Positions 18,477 through 28,008 of a stretch of 64,000 bases of DNA are shown here, in pieces. Origin of the DNA: Marispirochaeta sp. (GTDB lineage: Bacteria; Spirochaetota; Spirochaetia; JC444; Marispirochaetaceae); NCBI GenBank assembly GCA_963676835.2, contig CAXXFF010000002.1:416001-480000 (forward strand). The letters are read 5' to 3'. The notes below the pieces were generated by a model. The model saw only the letters and a program-made list of their open reading frames with translations. It did no database searches and was not told the DNA's origin. The stretch's first letter is position 1. Every line of letters begins with the position of its first letter. The translations under genes were made by a program, and so were the position numbers.

Positions 18477-20873
18477 ATGGCCCGAATTGACCTGCATGTA
18501 CACTCAAAATACTCCGACCACCCCTCCGAGTGGTTTCTCCAGCGTCTGGGGACCTCGGAATCCTATACCGAACCGGAGTACATTTATACCACCGCCAAAC
18601 AGCGGGGGATGCAGCTTGTTACCATCACCGACCATAACAGTATTCAGGGAGCAGTCGAGCTGCACAAGAATCATCCTGAAGATACCTTTATCAGCGTAGA
18701 GTCCACAGCCTACTTTCCCGAAGACGGCTGCAAGATCCATATTCTTCTCTTTGATATCAGCGAAGCACAGTTTGAGAAAATTGAAGAGATTCGAAAGAAT
18801 ATCTATGATCTTCGGGATTATATTGTCAGGGAAAACATCGCCTACTCTGTCGCCCATGCAACCTACTCGGTAAACGGCGCGGTTACCTCTGCTCATCTGG
18901 AAAAACTGATACTTCTCTTCGATATCTTTGAATCCATTAATGGCGGCCGTAACCGCCGCAACAATGATGAGTGGACTGAATTCCTCAAGTCCCTTACCCG
19001 GGAAGATATCGATGCAATGAAGCTACGCCATGGAATAAAACCCATTTCCGATACCCCCTGGATCAAAGGCTTTACCGCAGGTTCCGACGATCATGCCGGA
19101 ATCTTTATCGCCAAAACCTATACCCAGTGCGACGGCACCGGTACTGCGGATCTGTTGGAATCAATCCGCCAGGGAACCTGCCAGGCACAAGGCCGGCACC
19201 ACAGCTTCCACTCCATGACCTTTATGATCTACAAGGTAGCCTTCGACTTTATCCGCTACCAGCAGCGGAGTACTCTTCCAGGACCGGTAGCAATAATCCT
19301 TGAGAGCCTGTTTAACGAAGAAGGCTTTGACTTTAAGAAAGCCTTTGCCCTTAAACGGATAAAACGGCGCAAGAAAAAAAGTAACAACCAGAGAATTCTG
19401 CTGGAACTCATTGACGGCGTGCGCCAGGTAGATTTCCACGAGATCGATGCCCGGCTGGATATCGTATACGAAAAAGCAGCCGATCTGCTGGATGGAATGA
19501 TCAGCGACTTTGCCGACTCTGTGGGCAAAAACCTGAAAAAAGGCAATTTTGACAAGCTGATGCGTAATTTCTCCGCCCTCCTGCCGGCGCTTTTTCTTTC
19601 AGTCCCTTTTGTCAGCACCTTTACCCACATGTTCAATAACCGCCGTCTTGTAGGAGAACTTTACAGCAGCCTGAAAAAAGAGCCGCCGAAGCGGGAGAAA
19701 AAAATTCTCTGGTTTACCGATACCCTTACGGAGCTCAACGGAGTCGCCATAACGGTTCAGGAGATAGGCTGGATTGCCCACAGCATGAAAAAGAATATTC
19801 GCATTGCAGCTGCGGTGGACGACGACCAGATGTCGGCAAAACTTCCTCCCAATCTGATGCGTATACCAACAGTGGCAGGCTTCCCCCTTCCCCATTACGA
19901 ACGCCTCAGCCTGAAGGTGCCCAGCCTGCTGAAAACCCTGAAAATGATCAATGACTATGATCCCGATGAAATCTATATTTCAACGCCCATGACAATAGGG
20001 CTTACCGGACTGGCAGCCGCCAGGCTGCTGGATATTCCGGCAACCGCAATTCACCATACCGACGGCACCATGCAGGTAAAAGAGATTGTGGATGACATAA
20101 CCATAACCAACTACGTGGAAAGTTATATGAAGTGGTTCCATTCAGCCTGCGGCACTACCCTGGTGAATACCCGTGAATATGGAGAAATACTGCAGAAACG
20201 GGGCTACCGCATGAAAAACCTCGGACTTTTCCGGCGCGGCATCGACACCGCCCGGTTCATCCCGGATAAGGATGCCCGCAGCAAGGTCAGGGAAGAGTAT
20301 GGCATACAGGATGGCATAAACCTTATCTTTGCCGGACGCATATCAAAAGACAAGAGTGTTGATACCGTAGTCGATGCCTACCTTGCTCTCAAGGAAAAAT
20401 ACAGCAGTCTTAATCTGATTATGGCCGGGGAAGGCCCTTATATGGATGATCTTGTCCGCCGGCTGAAAAATGAAGAGAGAGTTTACTTCCTGGGCCGGGT
20501 AGACCACGACCTGATGCCGGTGGTTTACTCTTCCGCCGATCTTTTTCTCTTTCCCAGCATTACCGATACCTTCGGCAGGGTGGTTGCAGAAGCCCAGGCC
20601 TGCGGCGTTCCCACTATTGTAAGCAATCAGGGAGGCCCCCAGGAGGTTATTGCCGACGGGATGACCGGCCGTATTATGAAGGATCAGGCCTCCGGGGCCT
20701 GGACAGAAGCAGCAGATATATACCTGCAGAAACTTATCAGCGACCCTGAAGGCTACGCCGCCCTGCGCACTAAATCCAGAGAGCATATACTTAAAGAGTA
20801 CAGCATGCAGCACTTTATTGATGGACTCTTTAAAGAGGACGGGATTCCTGTGGAAAAACGCATAAGCGCCTGA
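18477..20873 (+). CDS. PHP-domain / glycosyltransferase family 4 fusion protein
   Basis: N-terminal DLHVHS, ITDHN, AH, GSDDH (PHP). C-terminal NGVA, RGID, FAGRISKDK, FPSITDTFGRVVAEAQACG (GT4). ATG at 18477 after AAGGAGG. Confidence 0.9.
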   Translation: MARIDLHVHSKYSDHPSEWFLQRLGTSESYTEPEYIYTTAKQRGMQLVTITDHNSIQGAVELHKNHPEDTFISVESTAYFPEDGCKIHILLFDISEAQFEKIEEIRKNIYDLRDYIVRENIAYSVAHATYSVNGAVTSAHLEKLILLFDIFESINGGRNRRNNDEWTEFLKSLTREDIDAMKLRHGIKPISDTPWIKGFTAGSDDHAGIFIAKTYTQCDGTGTADLLESIRQGTCQAQGRHHSFHSMTFMIYKVAFDFIRYQQRSTLPGPVAIILESLFNEEGFDFKKAFALKRIKRRKKKSNNQRILLELIDGVRQVDFHEIDARLDIVYEKAADLLDGMISDFADSVGKNLKKGNFDKLMRNFSALLPALFLSVPFVSTFTHMFNNRRLVGELYSSLKKEPPKREKKILWFTDTLTELNGVAITVQEIGWIAHSMKKNIRIAAAVDDDQMSAKLPPNLMRIPTVAGFPLPHYERLSLKVPSLLKTLKMINDYDPDEIYISTPMTIGLTGLAAARLLDIPATAIHHTDGTMQVKEIVDDITITNYVESYMKWFHSACGTTLVNTREYGEILQKRGYRMKNLGLFRRGIDTARFIPDKDARSKVREEYGIQDGINLIFAGRISKDKSVDTVVDAYLALKEKYSSLNLIMAGEGPYMDDLVRRLKNEERVYFLGRVDHDLMPVVYSSADLFLFPSITDTFGRVVAEAQACGVPTIVSNQGGPQEVIADGMTGRIMKDQASGAWTEAADIYLQKLISDPEGYAALRTKSREHILKEYSMQHFIDGLFKEDGIPVEKRISA

Positions 20874-20989
20874 AAAAAGTCTATTTTTCTTTACTTTTCC
20901 CTTCCTTTTCCTTCCTTTTTTCTGCAAAACTACTTTTTTACCTCGCCGGGGTATATACTAGTAGTATAAAAAAGGAAGGAGGAAGAGAT

Positions 20990-21526
20990 ATGAAGAAACT
21001 GATTCTAATCTCTATTATTCTCTGTATAGGAGCATCACTTGCTTTCGCCCAGTCCGGGTCGGATAATATCGGAAGCCAATGGGATATCTATCTTCATGTT
21101 CCTTACTATATTGGTATTCATACCGACAATGACGACTTGGGTTCAGGCCTGGATTATGCCTTTCTGGTACCTGAGGTTAACTGGCATTACTACTTCGGCT
21201 CGGATCTTCTACACCTTGGCGTCGGGGCAGACCTGTTTACCCTGATTCTTGAAAGCATGGCAATGCCGAGTGTAGCTGTTGAATCCTTCATGGGTCCTCT
21301 TGTGCTGAATGCACGGGTCAGCGGCGGGGCTTTTTTCTTTTTCGGACTTATCAATGATTTTGGCACTGCAAGTCTGTTCTTCCCTGAAGCATCTGTAGCA
21401 TACCGCTTTGGCGAGAAAAAGACCTTCGGTGTCGGCACATCGATTAAACTGATGGTTGCTCCGGATGTAGCCGATGTGGATAATTTTGCCTATATCGGTA
21501 CGGTTTACGCCCGCTGGACCCTGTAG
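20990..21526 (+). CDS. Hypothetical exported protein, possible small outer-membrane beta-barrel
   Basis: Signal peptide (SLAFA), amphipathic strands, aromatic C-terminus YARWTL; strong RBS. Confidence 0.55.
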   Translation: MKKLILISIILCIGASLAFAQSGSDNIGSQWDIYLHVPYYIGIHTDNDDLGSGLDYAFLVPEVNWHYYFGSDLLHLGVGADLFTLILESMAMPSVAVESFMGPLVLNARVSGGAFFFFGLINDFGTASLFFPEASVAYRFGEKKTFGVGTSIKLMVAPDVADVDNFAYIGTVYARWTL

Positions 21527-21536
21527 GATTTCCTGA

Positions 21537-23348
21537 TTAATACACCCGGCGGTCAACCAGGTAGCCGCTGTTTCCGGTCTTCATATTGGAAGACTTGACC
21601 TGTTTCTTTATCAGGGCGGCTACCTGCCCCAGCTTTCCCGGGTGTACTTCATCTGAAAAATTTTCACTGGTTACCACCGCTATACTCAACGACAGGAGGG
21701 GGATCTTTGAGCGCCCTCCCCTTCGTCCGGTAACCTCGTACCAGCCTCTGCGTACAATCTCGGGGGGAAACAATTCCTCCCGGCGGCGGTCAAACTCTTC
21801 ACAAAGTCCCGCAAGATCAGGCTCGTTTATCAGCCCTTCACAGACAACAATATAATCATCACCGCCGATATGCCCAAGTCTGGAGTTTCGGGAGAGACTT
21901 GAAACAAATGTGTTGAGGATTGATCCGGTCATCTGCAGGACCTCATCCCCCCGGGTAAAGCCGAAGGTATCATTGAAGGCTTTAAAATTGTCCAGATCGC
22001 AGTAAACAATACTGTAGGATTGGCTCTGGATAGCCTCTTCGAGCCAGTATCCGATTATCATATTTCCCGGCAGCTGGGTAAGGGGATTGGCGCAGGTGGC
22101 AACCTTTATCTCCAGATCAAAGGCCTTGTGGATAATCTGCTTCATGGTTACCGTCCCCACAAGATCCGCATCTTCATTCGTGATAATAACCGGATCATAA
22201 AGATTCTCCTGCGAGCGTTCCATTGCAAGACGGCCTACGGTCCGCAAATCCGTATGTTCATCCAGGCATAGCATCTCGGTCTTTGCCACAGTCTCAACAA
22301 ATTTTTTCTGAAAGAGACTGTAGCCGAACTGGCCTCCGATAACAGAGTAAAAATGGCTCCTGGGAAGAATCCCCCAGGGACGTCGCCCTTTCATAAGTAC
22401 CACATGGTCCAGACTGTTGGATTTACGGAATATCCGGTCCATGTCCCGGCAGGTGATGCTTTCCAACTGATATGTTGCAGGCTTTATGACCATCCCGGAA
22501 ATTGATACATCCACGGTAAACCGGGTTCTTTTCCGCGATTCAACCAGCAAATCAAGACTTGCCTGCGCTTCCTGGTCCAGCTCCCGTGGGATTTCTGCAG
22601 GGCGGCCGAGATAAAATCCCTGGGCGTAGCGGACTCCAAGCCGAAAAAGGGTCATAAGGTCCGCCTGATTTTCTATACCCTCTGCAATACAGGCACTGCC
22701 GACTTCGGCGGCAAAGGAAGTTATTGCCCGCACAAGATTCTGCTTGTAGCCGCTTTCGGCTATTCCCTGAACCAGAGCCATATCCAGCTTCAGAAAATGG
22801 GGAGTCATGGCAACCAGGGTCACCATTCCCGAATGGCCGGCGCCGAAATCATCCAGGGCAACCTGAAAGCCCTGGGAAACATAATAGCGGATGAGCTCTT
22901 CGAACCTGTCATAATCCTCAACTGTGGCAATCTCGGTAATTTCAAAGACGATATTCTTTGAATCGAGCCCCAGACGATTAATGGAATCAACGGTAGTTCC
23001 TTCAACAAATCTTGGATCGCTGAAAATATGGGGACTGACATTGAAAAAATAGCGGATATCCCTGAGATCTGCAGGATAGGTCGCAATGGTCTCAAGAGCC
23101 TTGGCGCGGCAGGCCCGTTCAAGTTCCCAGTTAAGATTCCATTCATTAGCCAGGGCAAACATGCGGGCCGGATTCTCAAAGGGAGGCTCGCACCTGGTCA
23201 GGACTTCATAGGCATATATTTCGCCTGAAAACGTATCTATAATCGGTTGGAAATGGGGTGTAATGCGTTTACTTTCAATAATGTCCAGCAGATGCAGCCG
23301 GTCCTCACCTTCCTCGGCGGTGATTCCCTGTTTAAGAAGAGTTAGCAT
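21537..23348 (-). CDS. EAL + CBS-like + GGDEF c-di-GMP signalling protein
   Basis: HFQPI..YEVLTR, LDDFGAG, AEGIE, QGFY; NPLTQLPGN, DLDNFKAFND, GGDDY. Start uncertain (23348, 23375 or 23423). Confidence 0.9.
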   Translation of the reverse strand: MLTLLKQGITAEEGEDRLHLLDIIESKRITPHFQPIIDTFSGEIYAYEVLTRCEPPFENPARMFALANEWNLNWELERACRAKALETIATYPADLRDIRYFFNVSPHIFSDPRFVEGTTVDSINRLGLDSKNIVFEITEIATVEDYDRFEELIRYYVSQGFQVALDDFGAGHSGMVTLVAMTPHFLKLDMALVQGIAESGYKQNLVRAITSFAAEVGSACIAEGIENQADLMTLFRLGVRYAQGFYLGRPAEIPRELDQEAQASLDLLVESRKRTRFTVDVSISGMVIKPATYQLESITCRDMDRIFRKSNSLDHVVLMKGRRPWGILPRSHFYSVIGGQFGYSLFQKKFVETVAKTEMLCLDEHTDLRTVGRLAMERSQENLYDPVIITNEDADLVGTVTMKQIIHKAFDLEIKVATCANPLTQLPGNMIIGYWLEEAIQSQSYSIVYCDLDNFKAFNDTFGFTRGDEVLQMTGSILNTFVSSLSRNSRLGHIGGDDYIVVCEGLINEPDLAGLCEEFDRRREELFPPEIVRRGWYEVTGRRGGRSKIPLLSLSIAVVTSENFSDEVHPGKLGQVAALIKKQVKSSNMKTGNSGYLVDRRVY

Positions 23349-23497
23349 TATGTTCGATCCTTCCCCGGTGTACATGTGGTCACCCGATTTTTTGTATACC
23401 CCGTTTTTTAAAATGTGGTGCAACTTTTATGTCTTTTCTGTTAACAAAGTTTTCCATGCCTCGCGGGCTGTGATAAAATGGAAATTCAGGAGTATCT

Positions 23498-24025
23498 ATG
23501 GGTGATTTTTTTGTTCTCACTGCCATTGGCAGAGACCGTGTCGGTATTGTAGATGAAATTGCATCAATTCTCGGCCGTCAGGGCTGTAATATAGAAGAGA
23601 GCCGCATGGCTGTGCTGGGAAGAGAATTCGCGGTAATACTGCTTGCGTCCGGTCCGGACGGAATCATCCAGACCCTGAAAAGCTCTGAAAACCTTGAAGA
23701 GGAACTCGGTCTGCATGTGGAAATACGCTCTACAGAAGCCCCAGGCGCAGAAGCCGCCGGAAGACCCTATGTAATAGAAGCAGTCTCCCTTGATGCTCCT
23801 GGAATCATGCATGCCGTTACGGCAGTGCTTAAAGAAGCCAGAGTCAATATTGAAGAAATTTCCACCGAAACCGCATCTGCTCCATGGACGGGAGCAACCA
23901 TGTTTCAGATGAAGGGAACCGTTATCCTTCCTGCCGACCTGAATGCCGCAGCCCTCAGGGAGAAACTCGAAAAACTGGAGCATGAGCGGGACATTGATAT
24001 TGTACTGAAGCCGGTTAACCGGTAG
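23498..24025 (+). CDS. Tandem ACT-domain protein (GcvR-like)
   Basis: TAIGRDRVGIV..CNIEESRM; second ACT domain SLDAPGIMHAVT..VNIEE. Confidence 0.85.
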   Translation: MGDFFVLTAIGRDRVGIVDEIASILGRQGCNIEESRMAVLGREFAVILLASGPDGIIQTLKSSENLEEELGLHVEIRSTEAPGAEAAGRPYVIEAVSLDAPGIMHAVTAVLKEARVNIEEISTETASAPWTGATMFQMKGTVILPADLNAAALREKLEKLEHERDIDIVLKPVNR

Positions 24026-24142
24026 AGAGCACCCCTCGCCCCTGCAACCTTTCAAACATTACAAATCTGTAATAATTCAGAAAGGTTTCTGAAAAGTTTA
24101 CGGAGTATCCTCTAAACATATCTTAGGAGGAGGATACTGACC

Positions 24143-25606
24143 ATGAAAAGAAAAACTTTACTGCAGCTTGCCTCTGTTTCCCTGCTGATCCTGATGGCCG
24201 TATCTGCCTTTGGACAGGTCAGCGGGTACTCACAGGCACTTTACACTGCATCTTCACGATCCGGAGGGGGGCTGAAAGCCCTGCAGGATGATTTCAGAAG
24301 GGTTGCCAATACCGCACTGCCCGTTGTGGTAAGCCTTGATGTAGTGGATGTTGTAGAACAAACCGTTTCAAGCAGGCAGTCTCCCTTTGAATTCTTTTTC
24401 GGGCGGCCCGATCCCCGTAACAATAATGAAGAAGAACCCCAGACAAGGGAATACCGCCAGGAAGGCCTGGGTTCCGGGGTTATCGTACAAAAGACCGGCA
24501 GAACCGTTTATGTACTCACCAACCATCACGTTGCCGGCAGCGCCGACGAAATTACCGTCAACCTCTATGACGGCCGCTCCTTTTCGGCGGAGCTCGTCGG
24601 TTCCGACGCCCGGAAAGACCTTGCCCTGGTTAAATTTGAAACCGCCGAGAACATACCCGTTGCCGAACTGGGCGACTCCGATGCAACTCAGGTGGGAGAT
24701 ATTGTATTTGCCGTAGGCAACCCGCTTGGGTTTGAATCCACCTTTACCTCGGGCATTGTAAGTGCTGTCGGCCGCGACGGCGGCCCCGACCTGAATTCCA
24801 GCCTGACAGACTATATCCAGACCGATGCAGCCATCAACCGCGGAAACTCAGGCGGTGCTCTGGTAAATATTGACGGACAGGTAATCGGTATAAACACCTG
24901 GATTGCCTCCCAGAGCGGAGGGAGTATAGGCCTTGGTTTTGCCATTCCCATTAATAATGCAAAGAAAACCATTCAGGATCTGATCCGTTCCGGTAAGGTC
25001 GAATACGGCTGGCTGGGAATCTCCATGGGTGATCCTTCTGACAATATCGTAGAAGATATGGATCTTGAAGGAAAAAAAGGCTCCTTTGTGTTCAACGTTT
25101 ACAAAGACTCGCCTGCCATGAACGGCGGAATCCGCCCGGGAGATCTTATAACCTCTATAGACAGCCGCAATGTTGATTCCAGTGACAAGCTGCTGCAGGA
25201 AGTTGCAGCCCTGGAGCCCGGCCGGACCTACCGGTTCGGATTGATTCGGGATGGCAGAGAGATGACCACAAGGGTCCGGATAGCTACCCGCGAAGCTGAG
25301 GATGCAATCCGCTCCAATGTAGCCAAGCTGTGGCCGGGTATGACTGTGGTCAAAATAACCGATGAGATCCGCACCCGGCTGGATCTTCCCCGCAGCAATG
25401 GAGAGATTATGGTCGGTGCCGTAGAGGAGGATTCTCCCGCCTACTCCGCCGGTTTCCGTTCCGGAGACATAATTAAAGAGGTAAACCGGCAGAAAGTCGG
25501 TTCTACCAGAGATTTTTACCGTGTTTTCAATTCTGAGGATGATGACGAGCTGATCTTCAAGATTAATCGTCAAGGAAACGACATTATTCTCGGACTTGTA
25601 AGGTGA
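24143..25606 (+). CDS. HtrA/DegP/DegQ-family serine protease with two PDZ domains
   Basis: GLGSGV, LTNHHV, DLAL, QTDAAINRGNSGG; two SPA..G..GD PDZ motifs. Confidence 0.95.
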   Translation: MKRKTLLQLASVSLLILMAVSAFGQVSGYSQALYTASSRSGGGLKALQDDFRRVANTALPVVVSLDVVDVVEQTVSSRQSPFEFFFGRPDPRNNNEEEPQTREYRQEGLGSGVIVQKTGRTVYVLTNHHVAGSADEITVNLYDGRSFSAELVGSDARKDLALVKFETAENIPVAELGDSDATQVGDIVFAVGNPLGFESTFTSGIVSAVGRDGGPDLNSSLTDYIQTDAAINRGNSGGALVNIDGQVIGINTWIASQSGGSIGLGFAIPINNAKKTIQDLIRSGKVEYGWLGISMGDPSDNIVEDMDLEGKKGSFVFNVYKDSPAMNGGIRPGDLITSIDSRNVDSSDKLLQEVAALEPGRTYRFGLIRDGREMTTRVRIATREAEDAIRSNVAKLWPGMTVVKITDEIRTRLDLPRSNGEIMVGAVEEDSPAYSAGFRSGDIIKEVNRQKVGSTRDFYRVFNSEDDDELIFKINRQGNDIILGLVR

Positions 25607-25642
25607 CGCGTTGCGTCATGTATAATTCCCTTCCTTCGTTTA

Positions 25643-25672
25643 CCCCGGCTTAACCGCCGGGGTTCTTTTTTT
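25643..25672 (+). terminator. Intrinsic terminator after the htrA-like gene
   Basis: CCCCGGC-TTAACC-GCCGGGG then TTCTTTTTT. Confidence 0.75.
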
Positions 25673-25767
25673 GCCCGGAAATAACTCCATATGGACTTTT
25701 TTGCTGAGCTGATCATGCCCGCAGGGGATAGTATTGGCAGAAATTGAAATCCATATGGGAGAAAATA

Positions 25768-26883
25768 ATGAAAAACCTATTACTGTTACTCTTCTGCGTA
25801 ACTGCCGCACTGGCTTTTACCTCCTGTGAGGGAGCCGGCAGCTCCGGCGGCAGCTCTGCATCGGAACCGGCCATCGGTGATATAGAATCCGTATCAGTGG
25901 GGTCCAATGTCAACTTTAATATGATCTACGCAAGCATAGCCGGTTCGGAAACCTTCCCAACCGGGACTGACGACCTCGGCACAGCAACCCTGACAGAGCC
26001 ATTCCTGGTTGCCGAAACAGAGCTTACCTGTGATGTTGTAGCTGAGGTCTATCAATGGGCCTACGACAACGGCAGAATAACTACAGATGAGGATGACAGG
26101 ATCTACATCGGGTTTGATGAATCCGATGCAGAAGCGATTGTATACAAGCGAACAGATGATTCGTTCGAGTGGCTCTCCTGCCTGTACAAAAATCCAACCA
26201 GTGCCACCACGGAATGTCACGTCAACTTTAATATTTCGAGCGACACCTTTGAAGTTTCCCCCTCGGGTTACGAAAAGTTCCCTTTTGTTATGGTTTCCTG
26301 GTACGGTGCCGTACAGATATGTAACTGGCTCACGGAAATGAGGGACGGGAACACAGATAACCTGGTTTATTCCGGCATTGATTACGCAGACTGGCAATTT
26401 TCGGAAACCATAGCCGACACCGCAAATACCGGCTTCCGTCTGCCCTCGGAAGATGAGTGGGAGTACGCCGCCCGCTACCGCGGCAGCGATTCCGTAAACA
26501 CGGTTGCCGAATTCTCCAACCCCTGTTTTACAACAGGAAACTCCGCAAGCGGTGCAACAGCAGCTGTCGATCCGGCTTCCACTGTACCAACGGACCTTGT
26601 AGCAGTCTGGGACATTGGACCGAACCCGGATGGACCTAAATTTTCTCAGACAAAACAGCCCAACGCTCTGGGGCTCTATGATATGAGCGGAAATGTATCC
26701 GAAATGACCTTTTCCCAAACATGGAAGGTTTTCCGAGGGGGTGATTACACAAGCCGCTATGTGGCAGACCCTTGGAATAACTCCTATATTATTCTTCAAA
26801 ACGGCTACGCTCCGTCTTCTGAACCAAACTTCAGAGGCAGCTCTGCGTCAAACGGCCTTCGCCTATGTAGGACAATGGAGTAG
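25768..26883 (+). CDS. FGE-sulfatase (SUMF1, CLec fold) domain lipoprotein, paralog 1
   Basis: Lipobox FTSC; ETELT, VSWYGA..CNWL, RLPSEDEWEYAAR, NALGLYDMSGNVSE, RGG, GLRL. Confidence 0.9.
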   Translation: MKNLLLLLFCVTAALAFTSCEGAGSSGGSSASEPAIGDIESVSVGSNVNFNMIYASIAGSETFPTGTDDLGTATLTEPFLVAETELTCDVVAEVYQWAYDNGRITTDEDDRIYIGFDESDAEAIVYKRTDDSFEWLSCLYKNPTSATTECHVNFNISSDTFEVSPSGYEKFPFVMVSWYGAVQICNWLTEMRDGNTDNLVYSGIDYADWQFSETIADTANTGFRLPSEDEWEYAARYRGSDSVNTVAEFSNPCFTTGNSASGATAAVDPASTVPTDLVAVWDIGPNPDGPKFSQTKQPNALGLYDMSGNVSEMTFSQTWKVFRGGDYTSRYVADPWNNSYIILQNGYAPSSEPNFRGSSASNGLRLCRTME

Positions 26884-26885
26884 TA

Positions 26886-27941
26886 GTGAACAGATTCTAC
26901 AGAACAACTCTTTCTGCCTTGCTGTTCCTGACAGTTTTCACCAGCTGCCAGGATGCAGGCGAATCCTGGACAGACAGCTCATCCATCCGAGGCGTCGGAA
27001 CTGTTGAAGAGATCACCCTGCCGGGCTCCGATATTGCCTTTTCCATGGTACTGGCAAACACGGCCGACAGCATAACCTTACCGACCAGAACAGATGACAG
27101 CGTAACTGCAACCCTGGACAGCCATTTCTGGATTGCAGAGACCGAACTGACCAATGAAACCGCGGCCGCAATACTGCAATGGGCTTTTAACCGGGGAAAA
27201 TTCAGCACTACCTTCAGCGACCATAACGGGATTAACACAGAAGATCTTAAATACGGAGGACAGGTTCTTCTAAGATTTGACACAACTTCTACACAAATCG
27301 CTTATGACGGAAGTATCGATATTTACTGCACTCCCGGTTATGAACAATACCCCTTAGCGGGTATCCACTGGTATGGAGCCATACTGCTCTGTAACTGGCT
27401 GACCGAGATGCGGGACGGAAATACCGACAACCTGGTCTACACCGGAATTGACACAGACTGGCTCCATGATGAGACCATCGATGACCCTTCGAAAACAGGG
27501 TTCAGACTGCCCTATTCAATTGAATGGGAGTACGCCGCCCGCTACAGGGGGAGTGATCCCACAAACTCCGTTCCGGATTTTGCAGACCCCTATTTTACCA
27601 GGGGAGACTCGGCCAGTGGAGCCCCTGCGGCCCATACAACTACGGCTACACTCCTGTATGCCGTTTACTGTACTGATGGAAATCCATATGACGGAGAAGA
27701 AGCAAAGCAGGCAGGCAGTCTCGGTCCGGACAGCACGAATGCCCTGGGCTTGTTTGACATGAGCGGCAATGTATCCGAATGGTGTTTTAACCAGCATGCA
27801 ACGACAACTTCCTACCGGGTATTTAAAAGCGGATCATGGGATAATGACTCTACACACCTGCAGGTTGGAATAGGCTATCTTGCCCGCCATGATTCATCCC
27901 GCATTTCTATGGGCCTCCGCCTCTGCCGCACCGACGGATAG
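26886..27941 (+). CDS. FGE-sulfatase (SUMF1, CLec fold) domain lipoprotein, paralog 2
   Basis: GTG start, lipobox FTSC; RLP..EWEYAAR, NALGLFDMSGNVSEW, GSW, GLRL. Confidence 0.9.
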   Translation: MNRFYRTTLSALLFLTVFTSCQDAGESWTDSSSIRGVGTVEEITLPGSDIAFSMVLANTADSITLPTRTDDSVTATLDSHFWIAETELTNETAAAILQWAFNRGKFSTTFSDHNGINTEDLKYGGQVLLRFDTTSTQIAYDGSIDIYCTPGYEQYPLAGIHWYGAILLCNWLTEMRDGNTDNLVYTGIDTDWLHDETIDDPSKTGFRLPYSIEWEYAARYRGSDPTNSVPDFADPYFTRGDSASGAPAAHTTTATLLYAVYCTDGNPYDGEEAKQAGSLGPDSTNALGLFDMSGNVSEWCFNQHATTTSYRVFKSGSWDNDSTHLQVGIGYLARHDSSRISMGLRLCRTDG

Positions 27942-28008
27942 ACTGCTGGCAAATTTTACACACTGTTTGATCAAACTAGCCCCGCTGTGGTACCATGGCG
28001 GGGTGTCC

